A stretch of DNA of 32,000 nt from an uncultured Eubacteriales bacterium (GTDB lineage: Bacteria; Bacillota; Clostridia; Oscillospirales; Acutalibacteraceae): NCBI GenBank assembly GCA_934647945.1, contig CAKUFK010000019.1, positions 1 to 32,000 on the forward strand, written 5' to 3'. Numbering within the stretch: position 1 is the stretch's first letter; each line of letters begins with the position of its first letter. Of this stretch, positions 30,873 through 32,000 are shown piece after piece. A model generated the notes under the pieces. It did no database searches. It was not told where the DNA came from and saw nothing but the letters and a program-made list of their open reading frames with translations. The position numbers were made by a program, and so were the translations under genes.

Positions 30873-31562
30873 TTATTCCGCGAAGCGGTATCCCACACCT
30901 CGGACGGTCAGGATGCGCTTTGGATTGTCCGGCTCGTCCTCCAGCTTTTGCCGGAGATACCGGACATGTACGTCGACGGTACGGGTATCCCCGTAAAAAT
31001 CCACCTTCCAGACCGTGTCGAGCAGCATCTCCCGGGTAAATACCCGGCCCGGCGTCTTCATCAGGGTGTACAGCAGCTCGAATTCCCGATGGGTCAGCTC
31101 TACCGGAAGGCCGTTTTTGGTCACGGCACGGCGGGCATAGTCCAGCGTGATGCCATGGCCGGACAGCACCGGCTCCCCGGCGGCGCTCAGATATTCCTGC
31201 CGCCGGATGACCGCGCGGACACGGGCCGCGAGCTCCTTGACGCTGAAGGGCTTGGTGATATAATCGTCCGCCCCCATCTCCAGGCCGAGCACCCGGTCCA
31301 CCTCGTCGGCCCGGGCGGTCATCATCAAAATGGGCACTGGCCGGGTGGCCGGATCGCCGCGCAGAGTCCGCAGGACGGCGATGCCGTCCTGGCCCGGCAT
31401 CATCCAGTCGAGCAGAACCGCATCGGGCAATTTCTGCCGCATGGCATGCAGCAGCACCCCGCCTTCGGAAAACTCCGCCGTTTCAAAGCCGGCGTCGCGC
31501 AGGCCGATAGAGGCCAGGCGGCGGATATGGGGCTCGTCGTCCACAATATAAATCAGCGGCAT
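30873..31562 (-). CDS. OmpR/PhoB-family response regulator
   Basis: Receiver domain: IYIVDDEPHIRRL..DAVLLDWMMPGQDG..KPF. Winged-helix C-terminus: LTHREFELLYTLM..RTVDVHVRYLRQKLE..ILTVRGVGYRF. Confidence 0.9.
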   Translation of the reverse strand: MPLIYIVDDEPHIRRLASIGLRDAGFETAEFSEGGVLLHAMRQKLPDAVLLDWMMPGQDGIAVLRTLRGDPATRPVPILMMTARADEVDRVLGLEMGADDYITKPFSVKELAARVRAVIRRQEYLSAAGEPVLSGHGITLDYARRAVTKNGLPVELTHREFELLYTLMKTPGRVFTREMLLDTVWKVDFYGDTRTVDVHVRYLRQKLEDEPDNPKRILTVRGVGYRFAE

Positions 31563-31604
31563 GGCGTTCCGCCCTTTCTGTTCAGTCTATGTGGGACATC
31601 TCCA

Positions 31605-32000
31605 TTATATATCCTCGTCCGGACCCTTGTCGAGGACTTTTTCCTCCCCTGCCGGCATGGCCGGGGCGACGGCGTCGTTGAGATTGGGATGGATGCCGGT
31701 CTCCACAAAAATCGCCCATTCCGCGATGTTGGTGGCGTGATCGCCGATCCGCTCGATGTATTTGGCAATGAACATGAAATCCACCGTCGAGGGCACGGAA
31801 GAGGGATGGTGTTCGAGCTGCCCGCACAAATCGAGGATGGAGGAGGAAAACAGCGCGTCCACCTCGTCGTCCATGCCGCAGACCGTACGGGCGGCTTCGG
31901 CGTCCCGGCGCAGATAGGCGTCCAGCGCCCCGGCGAACATGGACCTGGCTTTTCCGAACATCCGCAACAGCCTGGGAGAGGCCGTTTGGCCCGCCATGCC
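31605..32000 (-). CDS. phoU: Phosphate signalling complex protein PhoU (N-terminus truncated by the window edge)
   Basis: DDEVDALF...FIAKYIERIGDHATNIAEWAIF is the PhoU repeat signature. The ORF runs out of the window. Confidence 0.85.
   Translation of the reverse strand, partial: GMAGQTASPRLLRMFGKARSMFAGALDAYLRRDAEAARTVCGMDDEVDALFSSSILDLCGQLEHHPSSVPSTVDFMFIAKYIERIGDHATNIAEWAIFVETGIHPNLNDAVAPAMPAGEEKVLDKGPDEDI

Noticed and set aside
29100-31562. Two-component system as the missing VanRS for the van-type module
   Set aside because: It lies ~19 kb away on the far side of unrelated operons. It is contiguous with phoU, and its kinase has the PhoR-like HAMP-PAS-HisKA layout and H-box. A phosphate regulon assignment is more parsimonious.

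Overview
Dense, high-GC (roughly 60-65% by eye) chromosomal window. Gene content and RBS style suggest a Clostridia/Oscillospiraceae-type gut Firmicute, but that is inference: there is no rRNA or tRNA here to anchor it. I support about 35 genes, mostly on the minus strand.
In order:
(1) three miniature XRE-type HTH genes followed by an APH-family kinase;
(2) a split chromate-transporter pair with a divergent LysR regulator;
(3) thiT under a clear TPP riboswitch;
(4) a tightly coupled operon of NhaC-family permease, VanW, VanG-type ligase and VanXY-type peptidase, with no vanT, vanH or vanRS;
(5) a split TauE/SafE exporter pair;
(6) a MetRS-like class I ligase paralogue with a degenerate KMSKS loop;
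(7) a lower-GC patch with an uncharacterised protein and GrpB;
(8) an 8.5-kb AraC-flanked carbohydrate locus: Gfo/Idh/MocA oxidoreductase, FSA/transaldolase, SIS isomerase, YjbQ, TIM paralogue, YjbQ, L-fucose/arabinose-isomerase family, FGGY kinase, amidohydrolase_2;
(9) an orphan carrier protein;
(10) two ~0.7-kb non-coding arrays built from shared palindromic modules. They bracket a three-gene cassette: an XRE-fusion regulator, an alpha/beta hydrolase with Ser->Gly at the nucleophile, and SanA/DUF218;
(11) a PhoR-like kinase, a response regulator and a partial phoU.
I found no CRISPR, rRNA, tRNA, transposase or integrase.
The items most worth follow-up are the transporter-led, regulator-less van-type module; the mosaic palindromic arrays, which show a compensatory stem change between copies; the YjbQ-TIM-YjbQ core of the sugar locus; the promoter-plus-terminator unit upstream of araC; and the KMSKS-less MetRS paralogue.
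All family calls come from motif recognition by eye and remembered reference sequences, not from searches. The supplied ORF track shows TTG/GTG starts as M, and its coordinates include the stop codon.
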